NCBI GenBank assembly: GCA_963837955.1
Contig: CAWIPH010000002.1
Location: 960,001-1,024,000, forward strand
DNA: 64,000 bases
Origin: an uncultured Verrucomicrobiae bacterium
GTDB taxonomy: Bacteria; Verrucomicrobiota; Verrucomicrobiia; Chthoniobacterales; JAFAMB01
Direction: 5' to 3'
A program made the position numbers and the translations under genes. The notes below the pieces were generated by a model. It did not search any database. It was not told the origin of the DNA and was given only the letters and a program-made list of their open reading frames with translations. Numbering within the stretch: position 1 is the first letter of the stretch; each line of letters opens with the position of its first letter. Below are positions 21,161 to 32,294 of this stretch, in pieces.

Positions 21161-21814
21161 ATGGCTAACTTTTTTCCCCGCTGGACAAACTACCTACCGC
21201 TCAAAATAATTTTCTGCCTGCTGGTGATAAGCGGCGCAGCATCGGCTGCGTACTGGTGGTATTTAACGCCGGAGTATATGCGCCAGGGGTACGAACCGGT
21301 GCAGCCGGTTCCATTTCCGCACGACATCCACGTCAGCCAACTCGGAATGGATTGCCGGTACTGTCATTCATATGTGGAGGTGTCGTCTCACTCGAACGTA
21401 CCGACCACTCAGACCTGCATGAATTGCCATCAGCAGGTCCAAGCCAATAATCCCAAGCTCTGGGCTGTCAAGCAAAGCTGGGAGACCGGGCAACCGATGC
21501 ATTGGGTTAGAGTCCATCAGGTACCTGATTTCGCTTACTTCAATCATGCCGTTCACGTGAATCGGGGCATTAGCTGCGTCAGCTGTCACGGGCAGATCAA
21601 CCACATGGAGGTCGTTTTTCAGCATGAGCCGCTGACCATGGGCTGGTGCTTAAATTGCCATCGCCACCCGGAAAATAACCTGCGCCCGGTCAGCGAGGTA
21701 TTTAACCTCGATTGGAAACCCGAAGGCGGTAAGTCGCAGGAACAGATCGGGACTCAATTGCAGCAACAATGGAACATTGCACCGCCGCAGAACTGCGCGG
21801 GGTGCCACCGCTAA
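21161..21814 (+). CDS. actA: Alternative complex III pentaheme cytochrome c subunit
   Basis: N-terminal TM; five CxxCH motifs (CRYCH, CMNCH, CVSCH, CLNCH, CAGCH); QPVPFPHDIH. Confidence 0.95.
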   Translation: MANFFPRWTNYLPLKIIFCLLVISGAASAAYWWYLTPEYMRQGYEPVQPVPFPHDIHVSQLGMDCRYCHSYVEVSSHSNVPTTQTCMNCHQQVQANNPKLWAVKQSWETGQPMHWVRVHQVPDFAYFNHAVHVNRGISCVSCHGQINHMEVVFQHEPLTMGWCLNCHRHPENNLRPVSEVFNLDWKPEGGKSQEQIGTQLQQQWNIAPPQNCAGCHR

Positions 21815-24800
21815 TGAAGAGAGTCTTTAATCATCCACCGGAGGAGCCCACCGGGAAACGTTATTGGCGCGGTCTCGAAGAACTCTCGAATACTTCAGAG
21901 TTTCAGGAGTGGCTGAAGAGGGAGTTCCCGGCCGGAGCAGCTGAGCTGGAGACAGACGGGGTTTCACGCCGAAACTTTGTGCGATTAATGGGAGCTTCTG
22001 TGGCACTGGCCGGCGTTGGACTGAGTGGGTGTCGGCGACCGGAATCGTACATCGTTCCGTACACCAAGAGCGTAGAATGGCAGATCCCGGGCAAAGCTGT
22101 CCTCTACTCGACTTCTATGCCGACCCGGTCAGGCGGCCTGCCACTTGTGGCCACCACGTTTGAGGGCCGTCCGACGAAGCTCGAGGGCAATCCATTGGTG
22201 CCATCTAGCAACGGCGGCACCGACGCGTTCGCACAAGCCGCGATCCTGAATCTATACGATCCGGATCGAGCCAAAACCGTACTGGAAGGCGGGAAGAGCT
22301 CTTCGGTCGATAAACTAGAAGCCTACCTCAAGAAAGTTCAGTCTGACCTCCAGCAGAATCAGGGTGCCGGATTTGCGCTCCTTCTCGACTATCAGCAGAG
22401 TCCGACCCGGGATCGGTTTTTAACGACTTTTAGGCAGCGGTATCCCCAGGCAGAGGTCTACTTCGACGATCCGTTAGTGGCGGGCCAATACGAAAAAGCG
22501 GTCGAAACTCTATTTGGTCCTGACGTCGTGCTGCATCCCGCCTTTGATCAGGCGAGCGTGATATTGTCGCTCGACAGTGATTTCCTTGGATTGGAGCAAA
22601 CCGTCGATGGTGTAAAGGCATTCAGCGCCCGCCGGCGAGCTCATGGATCGGCCAAAAACATGAACCGCCTCTACAGCGTAGAGAACCGATTTACGCTTAC
22701 GGGTGGAATGGCTGATCACCGGCTACGGTGTGCCGCGTCACAGATTCCCGCATTTGCGTTGGCCCTGGCCGGAAAACTGGCCGCAGCAACAAACAATCGT
22801 GTCCTTGCCGCGATGGTTGGTCAGGTGAAGTCGAGCGGAACGGGATTTGATGATGGCTGGCTTACTGAATGCGCAAATGATCTGATCGCCCACAAGGGAC
22901 AGAGTTTAGTGCTACTCGGCAGTAGATATCCGGCCTGGGTGCATGGCTTGATCTTTTCGATGAACAACGCGGTGAGCGCGCTGGGTTCAACACTTCGCAT
23001 CCTTCAGCGGACTGAATTCAAGGGCGGAAGCTTGCCAGACTTGGTTGCCAAAGCCAAAACCGGCGCCATTCAGCGGCTATTCGTACTAGCGGGTAATCCT
23101 GCGTATACTTCGCCGGTCGATCTCCTATGGTCGGAAGTGCTGCAGAAAGTTCCGGAGATTCTGCGGCTTGGCTATTACGAAGATGAGACGACACCCGGTA
23201 CTACCTGGCATGTTCCGGAGGCACACTTTCTTGAATCGTGGGGCGATCAGCGTTCTCCCGACGGTACCTATCTACCGGTTCAGCCCATGATTCTTCCTCT
23301 GTTCGGGGGTTGGTCTCAGCTTGATCTTCTTGCCAAACTATTATCCCTTCCGTCCGGAGCGGAAGCTGTACGCGAAACCTTCAAATCGGTTGCGAGCGGC
23401 AATGGTTTCGAAGAAGCATGGACAGCTTTTCTACGTCAAGGATACGTTAAGGATAGCGCATACCGGGTCGCGAGCGCGTCGTTTAATACCGATCGGATTC
23501 CCACTCTTCTGCAAAATGTCGTGCTACCGGGTCCGGTGAACCCGAGTGCGATCGAAATTGTGTTTCCAGCGGATTACAAGGTTGACGATGGCCGTTATAC
23601 CAACAACCCCTGGCTCCAGGAATTGCCCGATCCAATCACCAAGTTGACCTGGGATAACGCTATCCAAATCAGCAAGGCGACCGCGAAAGCATTGCAAGTC
23701 GCCGAAGGGGATTTAGTGGAGATCAGTGTAGCTGACCGCAGGTTAGTAGCTGCCATCTTGATTGCGCCTGGTCAGGCTGATTTCTCACTGTCTTTGTCGC
23801 TTGGTTATGGTCGGAGAACGACCGGCAAGGTGGGACATGGCACCGGCTTTAATGCTTATCTTCTTCGAACGAGTGAAGGCCTTTACTTTGCCACGGGAGC
23901 GACCATCAGAGTGGTCAAGCCTGGAGGTTATAAGCTTATCCGGACCCAGCTTCATCACAGCATGGAAGGCCGCGCACTGGTTCGGGAAGGAACAGCCCAG
24001 GATTACGAAGAGAACCCTTCTTTCGCCAAAAAAGTTTGGATGGATAAGGATATCCTCCCCAATGTTTCGCTCTATTCTCATCCTCCGCTCAACGCGCCCA
24101 ACCAGTGGGGGATGGTAGTCGACCTTAATACCTGCACTGGATGCTCTGCCTGCGTCATTGCCTGTCAGGCAGAGAACAACATCCCGGTAGTCGGGAAAGA
24201 CCAGGTCGAACGCGGACGGGAGATGCATTGGATTAGAATCGATCGCTATTTCTCAAGTGCGGATGGCGACATCAATAATCCTCACCTGGAAGAAGACCCG
24301 GAGATGGTGGTCGAACCCATCATGTGCCAACACTGCGAGAACGCTCCTTGCGAGACGGTTTGCCCGGTCAACGCAACGGTTCACAGCGAAGACGGGCTCA
24401 ATGTGATGGTTTACAATCGGTGCATCGGGACTCGATACTGTTCCAATAACTGCCCGTTCAAGGTCCGCCGATTTAATTTCTTCAACTACAACGATCGTCC
24501 GGCGTTGGACAAGATCGAACACGGCTTGCCTGGGTTCGAAGGCAAACAACAGCTCTATCTTGGACCGTTCGCTCAGTGGGGAATGGAGGAAATCTCAAAG
24601 CTCCAGAAGAATCCAAACGTGACGGTTCGGACACGCGGTGTCATGGAAAAATGCACCTACTGCGTCCAGCGAATCGAGACCGCTAAAATTTCTCAGCGGA
24701 TCAAAGCCGGAGTGAAAGAAGGTCTCACGATTCCGACCGACAGTATTAAGTCAGCGTGTCAGCAAGCTTGCCCGGCGGAAGCCATCGTGTTTGGCGATCT

Positions 24801-25032
24801 AAAAGATCCAGAAAGCCAGGTTGCCAGGCTGCGCGGTCTTCCGCAAAATTATCACTTGCTCGAATACCTGAACATCCAGACCCGGACGAGCTATCTTGCT
24901 CGTCTCCGCAACCCGAACCCGAAAATGCCCGGGGCCGGTAGGATTGGGCATATCAACACCAACCACGATGAGCCGGAAGAGCACAAACCGGCGGCAGCAG
25001 TGGCACCTGAAGGAGGAATGCGTAATGGCTGA
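21814..25032 (+). CDS. actB: Alternative complex III subunit B (molybdopterin-oxidoreductase-like plus Fe-S domain)
   Basis: [10 protein letters not shown] pre-region, internal Tat motif SRRNFVRL, lipobox [14 protein letters not shown]; Fe-S motifs [39 protein letters not shown]. Confidence 0.95.
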   Translation: MKRVFNHPPEEPTGKRYWRGLEELSNTSEFQEWLKREFPAGAAELETDGVSRRNFVRLMGASVALAGVGLSGCRRPESYIVPYTKSVEWQIPGKAVLYSTSMPTRSGGLPLVATTFEGRPTKLEGNPLVPSSNGGTDAFAQAAILNLYDPDRAKTVLEGGKSSSVDKLEAYLKKVQSDLQQNQGAGFALLLDYQQSPTRDRFLTTFRQRYPQAEVYFDDPLVAGQYEKAVETLFGPDVVLHPAFDQASVILSLDSDFLGLEQTVDGVKAFSARRRAHGSAKNMNRLYSVENRFTLTGGMADHRLRCAASQIPAFALALAGKLAAATNNRVLAAMVGQVKSSGTGFDDGWLTECANDLIAHKGQSLVLLGSRYPAWVHGLIFSMNNAVSALGSTLRILQRTEFKGGSLPDLVAKAKTGAIQRLFVLAGNPAYTSPVDLLWSEVLQKVPEILRLGYYEDETTPGTTWHVPEAHFLESWGDQRSPDGTYLPVQPMILPLFGGWSQLDLLAKLLSLPSGAEAVRETFKSVASGNGFEEAWTAFLRQGYVKDSAYRVASASFNTDRIPTLLQNVVLPGPVNPSAIEIVFPADYKVDDGRYTNNPWLQELPDPITKLTWDNAIQISKATAKALQVAEGDLVEISVADRRLVAAILIAPGQADFSLSLSLGYGRRTTGKVGHGTGFNAYLLRTSEGLYFATGATIRVVKPGGYKLIRTQLHHSMEGRALVREGTAQDYEENPSFAKKVWMDKDILPNVSLYSHPPLNAPNQWGMVVDLNTCTGCSACVIACQAENNIPVVGKDQVERGREMHWIRIDRYFSSADGDINNPHLEEDPEMVVEPIMCQHCENAPCETVCPVNATVHSEDGLNVMVYNRCIGTRYCSNNCPFKVRRFNFFNYNDRPALDKIEHGLPGFEGKQQLYLGPFAQWGMEEISKLQKNPNVTVRTRGVMEKCTYCVQRIETAKISQRIKAGVKEGLTIPTDSIKSACQQACPAEAIVFGDLKDPESQVARLRGLPQNYHLLEYLNIQTRTSYLARLRNPNPKMPGAGRIGHINTNHDEPEEHKPAAAVAPEGGMRNG

Positions 25033-26455
25033 GACTCAAGCTCCCGCGACAGTTCCTTTTGAGGAACGGCTGCCGAGACCCCCGATGGTGCTGAACAACC
25101 GTTCGATGTCGTGGATCACTAACCTGATCGCCGGCATTCCAGAACAGAAGACTCCGCTTTGGTGGTATGTAACGATTGCGATAACGGGATCTATCGCTGC
25201 CTTCGGTGTTTTTTGTATTCTTTACCTCTTGTTTACCGGCGTCGGTGTCTGGGGGAACAATGTCCCCGTCGGTTGGGCCTGGGACATCACTAACTTCGTG
25301 TTTTGGATCGGTATCGGTCACGCTGGGACGCTCATTTCGGCCATTCTGTTTCTCTGTCGCCAAAAGTGGCGAACCTCCATTAACCGAGCGTCCGAAGCGA
25401 TGACCCTTTTTGCGGTTATTTGTGCGGCCATCTATCCGGGAATTCACGTTGGCCGAATTTGGATGGTCTGGTTCATGGCTCCCGTTCCCAATCCGAATTG
25501 GATTTGGCCCAATTTCCGCAGCCCGCTTCTCTGGGACGTTTTCGCTGTCTCGACCTACTTTACCGTTTCCGTGCTGTTTTGGTTTCTGGGATTGGTGCCC
25601 GACCTCGCGACCATGCGTGATCGAGCCCTCAGCAAGGTTGGCAAATTCTGTTACGGCCTGCTGGCGCTCGGCTGGCGTGGCGGCAACCGTCAGTGGCGCC
25701 ACTACGAAATGGCGTACCTCATTCTGGCTGGCCTCTCAACGCCCCTGGTTTTGTCGGTGCATTCCACGGTCTCCTTCGATTTCGCCACCTCTCTGATTCC
25801 GGGTTGGCACACGACGATTTTTCCTCCGTATTTCGTGGCTGGCGCGATTTTCGGGGGCTTTGCCATGGTGCTCACGCTCATGTTGCCAGCGCGCTCGATT
25901 TACAAACTGCACGATGTGTTCACCTGGAATCACATCGACGTGATGTGTAAGATCATTTTGCTGACCGGTTCAATCGTCGGGTATGCCTACACGATGGAGT
26001 TCTTCGTCGCGTTTTATGGGGCCAACCCGTTCGAGCGCTTCGCGTTCATTAACCGCTATTTCGGGCCCTATTGGTGGGCTGCCTGGTCGATGTTCACGTG
26101 CAACGTCGTAATCCCTCAACTTTTCTGGGTGCGCGCGTTCCGGCGCAACCTTATTACCGTCTTTTTTGTCTGCATGTGCGTGAACGCAGGCATGTGGTAC
26201 GAGCGATTTGTCATCATCGCAGTTTCTTTGACCCGTGATTTTCTACCGTCGAGCTGGGGGGTGTACTACCCGACCTGGGTCGATGTCATGACCTTCGCTG
26301 GCACCTTTGGCATATTCACGACCTTTTTCCTGATATTTATCCGCTTCTTCCCGATGATCGCGATGTCGGAAGTGAAGACCGTTCTTCCCGAGGCCGATCC
26401 TCATTACCATCCGACGACTGGTGGCACTGGACCGATCAAGGAGGCACACGTATGA
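25025..26455 (+). CDS. actC: Alternative complex III quinol-oxidising membrane subunit (NrfD/PsrC family)
   Basis: [52 protein letters not shown]; start ATG 25025. Confidence 0.96.
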   Translation: MAETQAPATVPFEERLPRPPMVLNNRSMSWITNLIAGIPEQKTPLWWYVTIAITGSIAAFGVFCILYLLFTGVGVWGNNVPVGWAWDITNFVFWIGIGHAGTLISAILFLCRQKWRTSINRASEAMTLFAVICAAIYPGIHVGRIWMVWFMAPVPNPNWIWPNFRSPLLWDVFAVSTYFTVSVLFWFLGLVPDLATMRDRALSKVGKFCYGLLALGWRGGNRQWRHYEMAYLILAGLSTPLVLSVHSTVSFDFATSLIPGWHTTIFPPYFVAGAIFGGFAMVLTLMLPARSIYKLHDVFTWNHIDVMCKIILLTGSIVGYAYTMEFFVAFYGANPFERFAFINRYFGPYWWAAWSMFTCNVVIPQLFWVRAFRRNLITVFFVCMCVNAGMWYERFVIIAVSLTRDFLPSSWGVYYPTWVDVMTFAGTFGIFTTFFLIFIRFFPMIAMSEVKTVLPEADPHYHPTTGGTGPIKEAHV

Positions 26456-27012
26456 CCGCTGCAGCAGCTCGACGCAGAACTCTGGGAGTGATCGCCGAAT
26501 TTGCTTCGGCCAGCGAGCTTTATCACGCCGCGGAGCAGGTTCGCGACAAAGGTTATCGGTTCTGGGACGTTCATTCCCCATTCCCGATTCATGGAATGAA
26601 CAAGGCGATGGGTCTCGGCAAATCGCCTCTCGGCTACATTATCTTTTGCGGCGGTCTTACCGGATTCCTCACGGCAGCTTCGTTGGAATTCATCCCTTCT
26701 TCTTTCCTTTATCCGCTAATCGTTCACGGGAAGCCGGTAAACTTCTTCACGGTTCCAGCGTTTTTCCCGGTCATGTTTGAATTAACGGTCTTGTTCTCAG
26801 CTTTTACCGCTTTCTTCGGGGTGTTTGTTATGAATCGTTTGCCCCGATTACATCATCCGATTTTTGATTATGAACCGTTCGGACGCGTTACCAACGACGC
26901 GTTTTTTCTGATCATCGAGTCGTCCGATCCCCGTTTCTCGGACACTACGACCCGCGAATTCTTGCAGGAGATTGGTGGGAAGGACGTGACGTTGCTTTAC
27001 GAGAATGATTAA
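26452..27012 (+). CDS. actD: Alternative complex III subunit D (DUF3341)
   Basis: [10 protein letters not shown], two TMs, [13 protein letters not shown]; position in act operon. Confidence 0.93.
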   Translation: MTAAAARRRTLGVIAEFASASELYHAAEQVRDKGYRFWDVHSPFPIHGMNKAMGLGKSPLGYIIFCGGLTGFLTAASLEFIPSSFLYPLIVHGKPVNFFTVPAFFPVMFELTVLFSAFTAFFGVFVMNRLPRLHHPIFDYEPFGRVTNDAFFLIIESSDPRFSDTTTREFLQEIGGKDVTLLYEND

Positions 27013-27697
27013 GAACTTCCTGATCGGATTTACCTTGTTCTGCGTTTTGGCCGTCGCGTTCCTGGGCACGCGGGGAGAGCATCGTACGGCTCCGCCGATT
27101 GAGTTTTTTGGCGATATGAAACGGCAGGACAAGATCAAGTTCCAGAAGCCGAGCGATTTTTTCGCGGACGGTCGAGCTGCGCGCCCACCCGTGCCAGGAA
27201 CGATCCCGATGGGGTACGACATCCCTGGTCATCCGGCCCAAAATCTGGAGGTATCGAATGATATTAACTCTCCGCTCGGCGAGTTCTCTGCGGGAACAGA
27301 CTACTATAATACCGGCAAGCTGGGAGACCAATGGGGAACTGGCTTACCTCCGCAAGTGCCGCTTTCAATGGAGCTATTGAGACGTGGTCAAAAAGAGTTT
27401 CAGATTAATTGCGCGGTTTGCCACGGCGCTACCGGACAAGGGAACGGGATCACTTCAAAGTACGGACTGCTCGGTATCGCTAACTATCATCAAGACAAAT
27501 ATCGCCAGATGGCTGATGGCCAAATATTTAACACGCTCACTAATGGTTATAACACGATGATGGGTTACGGCGATAAGGTCACAGTCAAAGATCGTTGGGC
27601 AATTATTTCCTACATCCGAGCTCTTCAGCGGAGCCAATACGCGAAAATTTCGGATGTGCCAGAGGATCAACGTAAAGCTTTGGAGTCGCAAAAATGA
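27005..27697 (+). CDS. actE: Alternative complex III monoheme cytochrome c subunit
   Basis: DMKRQDKIK, FFADGRAARPPVPGTIP, CAVCH, axial Met region GYNTMMGY, DRWAII. Confidence 0.92.
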   Translation: MIKNFLIGFTLFCVLAVAFLGTRGEHRTAPPIEFFGDMKRQDKIKFQKPSDFFADGRAARPPVPGTIPMGYDIPGHPAQNLEVSNDINSPLGEFSAGTDYYNTGKLGDQWGTGLPPQVPLSMELLRRGQKEFQINCAVCHGATGQGNGITSKYGLLGIANYHQDKYRQMADGQIFNTLTNGYNTMMGYGDKVTVKDRWAIISYIRALQRSQYAKISDVPEDQRKALESQK

Positions 27698-28926
27698 ACC
27701 ACTCGCATGTTCCGGCTCCCGAACTTTTTCGGCCCAAGGGAGTACATCGGCTCCTACTAGTGTTGCTCGGTATCGGAATTCTGTTTCTGGCTATCGTGCT
27801 CATCACCGGGTCTCTGGCGCCGGCCGGGAGCGAACTCCGTCGCCAGTTCGCTTTCTCTTGGCTGTTCGCGTTCATTTACTTTTTCACGATTCTGATCGGT
27901 TGTTTGTTTTGGATCCTTGTTCATCACGCCACCGATTCCGGCTGGGGGATCGTGGTCCGGCGGCAGATGGAGAACCTGGCCGCATTGCTGCCCTGGATGA
28001 TTCCGTTCTTTATTCCGATTTTTCTCTGTAGCTTTGATATCTGGAGTTGGCTCGCGGCGAAGGATCATCTCGAGGCCAACCCCGCGCTCGCGGACAAAAT
28101 CGGCTATTTCGAATTGCATTTCGGCTCGGTGAGGGTGCCCTTTTTCTGGATCCGAGCGGTCCTGTACTTTCTCTATTTCGCCGGGGCGGCCATTTATTTT
28201 CGTCGAACCTCGGTCAGGCAGGATTCGGACGGGAATCCACGCTGGTCGATTCAGATGCGTGGTTTCTCTTTCGTTGCGATTATTCTTTTCGCGCTCGGCA
28301 CGACATTCATGGCCTTCGATTGGATGGCTTCGCTCGATTATCGCTGGGCCTCGACGATGTGGGGAGTCTATATCTTTGCCGGATCGGCTGGGGCGGCAAT
28401 GGCGCTGATTATTCTGGTCGTGCTCGGGCTCAAGAATGCCGGTTACCTGAGCTTTGTGAACGCCGAGCATTACCACATGATGGGTAAACTGCTTTTCTGC
28501 TTCTCTATTTTTTGGGGCTATATCGGGTTTAGCCAATACATGCTGATTTGGTACGGGAACATCCCGGAAGAAACGGTCTGGTTCCTGCGCCGGAACATCG
28601 GCTCTTGGAACACGTTCAGCATCGCCTTGGTCGTGGGTCGATTTTTTATTCCGTTTCTTTATTTGCTTTTTCAGTACACCAAGCGCACTCCCAGCCTATT
28701 GGTCTTCATGGCTGGCTGGGTTTTGGTGATGCATCTGTTGGATATCTTCATCACCATCAATCCATTTATTCATCCGACCGGAATCCAGGTGACCTGGCTG
28801 GACGGTGCTACGCTCCTCGCAATCGGTTGTCCTTTAGCTTTCCTTTTTCTGCGCGGCCTGGGGGCGGCCTCTTTGTTTCCGTCGCGAGATCCCCGGTTGC
28901 TGGAGTCCATTAACGTGACCAACTAG
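27694..28926 (+). CDS. actF: Alternative complex III membrane subunit F
   Basis: ~10 TMs; DWMASLDYRWASTMWG, FSQYMLIWYGNIPEET. Confidence 0.93.
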   Translation: MNHSHVPAPELFRPKGVHRLLLVLLGIGILFLAIVLITGSLAPAGSELRRQFAFSWLFAFIYFFTILIGCLFWILVHHATDSGWGIVVRRQMENLAALLPWMIPFFIPIFLCSFDIWSWLAAKDHLEANPALADKIGYFELHFGSVRVPFFWIRAVLYFLYFAGAAIYFRRTSVRQDSDGNPRWSIQMRGFSFVAIILFALGTTFMAFDWMASLDYRWASTMWGVYIFAGSAGAAMALIILVVLGLKNAGYLSFVNAEHYHMMGKLLFCFSIFWGYIGFSQYMLIWYGNIPEETVWFLRRNIGSWNTFSIALVVGRFFIPFLYLLFQYTKRTPSLLVFMAGWVLVMHLLDIFITINPFIHPTGIQVTWLDGATLLAIGCPLAFLFLRGLGAASLFPSRDPRLLESINVTN

Positions 28927-28929
28927 AGC

Positions 28930-29382
28930 ATGTCAGAGACAAACCATTCTCCGAAGTTTTCCGTGTCAATGGTCGTCACCGTCTTGGTGGTGCTTCTGGC
29001 CTTCGTTGGGCTGGTATGGTTTGTCACTTACGAACGCAAGGTGATTGCTTCTCACGATGCGCAGCGACGAGACCTGCGGTTAAAGAATTTGGATGATCTA
29101 ACTGTCGAAAACCAAAAGATACTGACCAACTACCGGTGGATTGACAAAGGGAAGGGGATAGTAGCGATCCCGATCGAGCGCGCAATGGAGTTGGTGATTC
29201 CAGATCTATCGGCCAACCACCCTCATGCTGCGGGCCCCATCACTCCTCCGGTTCCCAGCCCAACGCCTTCTGTTCCGGGTTCACCAGCTCAAAAACCGGT
29301 TTCTGCGCCTCCCCCGGCCGGCAATCAACCTTCACCCAGCCCTACTGGTGAGGCGCCTTCTGGAACACCGACTAAGCCGTGA
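28930..29382 (+). CDS. actG: Alternative complex III subunit G-like single-pass protein
   Basis: One TM, then LTNYRWIDKGKGIVAIPIERAMELV; Pro-rich tail; follows actF. Confidence 0.75.
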   Translation: MSETNHSPKFSVSMVVTVLVVLLAFVGLVWFVTYERKVIASHDAQRRDLRLKNLDDLTVENQKILTNYRWIDKGKGIVAIPIERAMELVIPDLSANHPHAAGPITPPVPSPTPSVPGSPAQKPVSAPPPAGNQPSPSPTGEAPSGTPTKP

Positions 29383-29419
29383 AGAGAAATATTAACTTGG
29401 CAGCGTTTTCGATGAACTT

Positions 29420-30874
29420 ATGAGCCAAACATCCTCATCGACTCTGGTTGTGCCCGGTTCGATAGACCGCGCAGTTCGGCTGCCGGTCCTCTTCTTCTTC
29501 GCTTCTGGCTTTGGGTGGCTCTTGGTCGCGTCCATACTTTGGCTCTTATCCGTCGTTCAGATGGCTGACCCAACAGCGTGGTGGACATTTTCCGGTGTCT
29601 CCTGGCTTACCTACGGGCGGATTTACCCGGTTTCGCTCGATCTATTCGTTTATGGATGGGCTTCGCTGGTTGGAATGGGCACGGCGATTTGGATCCTGGC
29701 CAGAATGGCGGAAACTCCGCTGCTGACCGGGTGGTTACCGCTTTTCGCCGGAGCTGCCTGGAATGCTGGTCTCCTGTTCGGTGTCTGGGGGGTGTTGGGT
29801 GGCGGTAGTATGGCGCGAGAATGGTTAGAGTTTCCCCCGTACGCAGCGTTCGCGATCTTTGTGGCCCAACTCATCATTGCAGTCTGGGCGATTGGTTTGT
29901 GCGTTTTTCGCCGGCAGCGCCAGTTCTACATCTCTCAATATTACCTTTTGGGCGCTTTCATCTGGTTCCCTTGGTTTTATGCGACGGCGAACGGGCTGCT
30001 GAATTTTGGCAATGCGAGCGGCGTAGCTCAACCGGCCATTCAGTGGTGGTATTTTGGTTGCTTGTTTGGTCTCTGGTTAACGCCACTCGGACTGGCTGCT
30101 GCTTTTTATTTCATTCCTCTCATTCTCAACCGGCCGCTGTACAGCGAGCGTTTAGCTCTTATTGGGTTTTGGACCTTGGCCGGGCTGGCTGGGTGGACTG
30201 GCCTTACCCAGATAATCGGCGGGCCCCTGCCGGTTTGGATGATTACGACCAGCATCGTAGCAAAGGTGCTTTTCATTATCCCGGTCCTGGCAGTTGCCGC
30301 AAACCTGCACCTGACGATGCGCGGGCAATTTGAGCTTATTAAGTCCAATTTGGCTCTTCGGTTTTTGATGATCGGAGCGATGCTCTATGGCCTGTCCGGT
30401 GTTTGGGATGCGACTAATGCGTTTCGAACGATCGACGAGGTTACTCAATTCACTCTGGCGGCGCTCGCGCGGACCTACCTGACTCTCTTCGGTTTCGTTT
30501 TCCTGGTTAGCTTTGGGGCGATTTATTTCATAGTTCCGCGGCTGCTGGAGCGTACCTGGAGATTTGTTGAATTGGTGCGATGGCACTTCTGGCTGAGCAT
30601 TGTTGGTCTAGGCCTGCTGCTCTTTGACCTTACCATCGCTGGGGTGATCCAAGGACTTGGACTCCTGGACCCGAAGGTTCCGATACCGGCCATTTTGGAT
30701 TTGATTGCGCCATTTTTGACCGGCCAGATCGTCGCGGGCGTTGTCTTAGCAGCCGCCAACATCGTTAGTCTGGCCTCGATGTTGACCGTTTTGGTCAATC
30801 CGGCTTGGCTCGCGTCGACCAGCAAAGCTCCGGAACCGATCCTTGACCTTGGGGAGGAGATGCCAGTCGCGTGA
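29420..30874 (+). CDS. cbb3-type oxidase subunit I (CcoN) homologue lacking all metal-ligand histidines
   Basis: ~12 TMs; CcoN landmarks LTYGRIYP, REWLEFP, YISQYY, QWWY, YFIP...RPLYS, HFWL; only two His in 484 aa. Confidence 0.85.
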   Translation: MSQTSSSTLVVPGSIDRAVRLPVLFFFASGFGWLLVASILWLLSVVQMADPTAWWTFSGVSWLTYGRIYPVSLDLFVYGWASLVGMGTAIWILARMAETPLLTGWLPLFAGAAWNAGLLFGVWGVLGGGSMAREWLEFPPYAAFAIFVAQLIIAVWAIGLCVFRRQRQFYISQYYLLGAFIWFPWFYATANGLLNFGNASGVAQPAIQWWYFGCLFGLWLTPLGLAAAFYFIPLILNRPLYSERLALIGFWTLAGLAGWTGLTQIIGGPLPVWMITTSIVAKVLFIIPVLAVAANLHLTMRGQFELIKSNLALRFLMIGAMLYGLSGVWDATNAFRTIDEVTQFTLAALARTYLTLFGFVFLVSFGAIYFIVPRLLERTWRFVELVRWHFWLSIVGLGLLLFDLTIAGVIQGLGLLDPKVPIPAILDLIAPFLTGQIVAGVVLAAANIVSLASMLTVLVNPAWLASTSKAPEPILDLGEEMPVA

Positions 30875-31494
30875 AATCGATTACCCGATTCATCTTAGGT
30901 ATCTTCGTCCTGTTTGGTCTCTCCTGGATTGGCTTTGTTGCTTATCCGTATATGACGTTCGCCGAACTAAAGCCTGATAGAGACCCGATCACGAACGAGA
31001 GTTCGCCTCCCGGAGTTCCAGGCGTTGCGCAGCAGGGGTCGCATGTTTTTGCTGCTAATGGGTGTGTCTACTGTCACAGCCAATTTATCCGTGACAAGGT
31101 TGAAGGAAGCGACATCGATCGCCAATGGGGAAAACGGCGGACCGTAGCTCGGGACTACCTGAACGATCGACAGGTGTTCCTCGGCGTCTCTCGTTTGGGA
31201 CCCGACTTAACGAACGTCGGCGTCAGACAAAAGGATGCACAATGGTATTATCAATTGCTTTACAATCCTCAGGCGATCGATCCGGTCTCAACCATGCCGG
31301 CGTACCGTTGGTTGTTCCGCGAGCAAAAGATCGATGGCCAGGCGGCCAACAACGCCCTGAAACTGGAAGGCGCGAACAAGCCGAAACCGGGCTACGAAGT
31401 TGTTCCGACGGCCGAAGGGGAATCGCTAGTGGCATACCTGCTGTCGCTTAAGCGTGACTACAGTTTACCGGAAGCACCGGAGCCAAAGGAATGA
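30871..31494 (+). CDS. ccoO: cbb3-type oxidase subunit II (CcoO)-like monoheme cytochrome c
   Basis: N-terminal TM; GCVYCHSQFIR, RLGPDL, STMPAY (axial Met). Confidence 0.88.
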   Translation: MKSITRFILGIFVLFGLSWIGFVAYPYMTFAELKPDRDPITNESSPPGVPGVAQQGSHVFAANGCVYCHSQFIRDKVEGSDIDRQWGKRRTVARDYLNDRQVFLGVSRLGPDLTNVGVRQKDAQWYYQLLYNPQAIDPVSTMPAYRWLFREQKIDGQAANNALKLEGANKPKPGYEVVPTAEGESLVAYLLSLKRDYSLPEAPEPKE

Positions 31495-32234
31495 ATTCCG
31501 AAGAGAGAGATCCCAATGCGATAAGCGGCCCGTCTTCGGAGCTAGAGGAAGCCGCTCCGCGGATGGATAACGCCCCGATTCCAGGATGGCTAATGGCAGT
31601 CATTGGCGTCGGTATATTTTGGGCGGGCGCTTATCTCTTTTCTTATAGCGGTGGGTTTAGCGCCGACGTTTTCGATTACAAGCCGAAGTATGGTCCCCAG
31701 GCCGTCGCTGCCACCGGACCGCCGGATCCGAAAGTGCTTGGTAAGAAACTTTTCTCGGCGAATTGCATTACATGCCATCAGGCGAACGGGCAAGGGCAAC
31801 CCGGGCAATTTCCTCCGCTCGTTGGGTCGGAGTTTGTATTAAGCGACGCTAGCAATCGATTAATCGCGATTGTTCTCAAGGGGCTGCAGGGGCCGGTTCA
31901 GGTCAAAGGACAGACGTTCAATAATGCGATGCAGGCCTGGGAAGGCCAGTACACTGACCAGCAGCTCGCCGCGATCCTGAGCTATGTACGGTCCGATTGG
32001 GGAAACAACGCACCAGAGATTCCTCCGGAGGCGGTGAAGGCAGTCCGGGAAGAGCTAAAGAATCGCAAGGACCAGTGGACCGTGGCTGAGCTAATGCAAA
32101 TTCCCCCGAAAGATGTGACTAAACTCGGTGGCTCTCCGCCGGCACAGCAAGCGGGGCAACCGCCGAGCGGGTCAACCCCTCCTGCCGGCCCGACAAACTC
32201 ACCCGGGCCAGGCAGCTCGCCTCCAACAAAGTAG
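31491..32234 (+). CDS. Membrane-anchored monoheme cytochrome c with CcoP-like N-terminus
   Basis: MDNAPIPGW plus TM (compare CcoP DNPLPxWW); CITCHQANGQG, FPPLVGS, FNNAM. Confidence 0.85.
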   Translation: MNSEERDPNAISGPSSELEEAAPRMDNAPIPGWLMAVIGVGIFWAGAYLFSYSGGFSADVFDYKPKYGPQAVAATGPPDPKVLGKKLFSANCITCHQANGQGQPGQFPPLVGSEFVLSDASNRLIAIVLKGLQGPVQVKGQTFNNAMQAWEGQYTDQQLAAILSYVRSDWGNNAPEIPPEAVKAVREELKNRKDQWTVAELMQIPPKDVTKLGGSPPAQQAGQPPSGSTPPAGPTNSPGPGSSPPTK

Positions 32235-32294
32235 CCCCCATGACAAATCGCGATAATTTTGTAGATTATTTGGAAATCATAACGGTTCCGCGAC

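Noticed and set aside
29420..30874. Functional cbb3 oxidase subunit I, or a simple pseudogene
   Set aside because: Not functional as an oxidase because all ligands are missing; not obviously decayed because the ORF is full length, hydrophobic and coupled to ccoO
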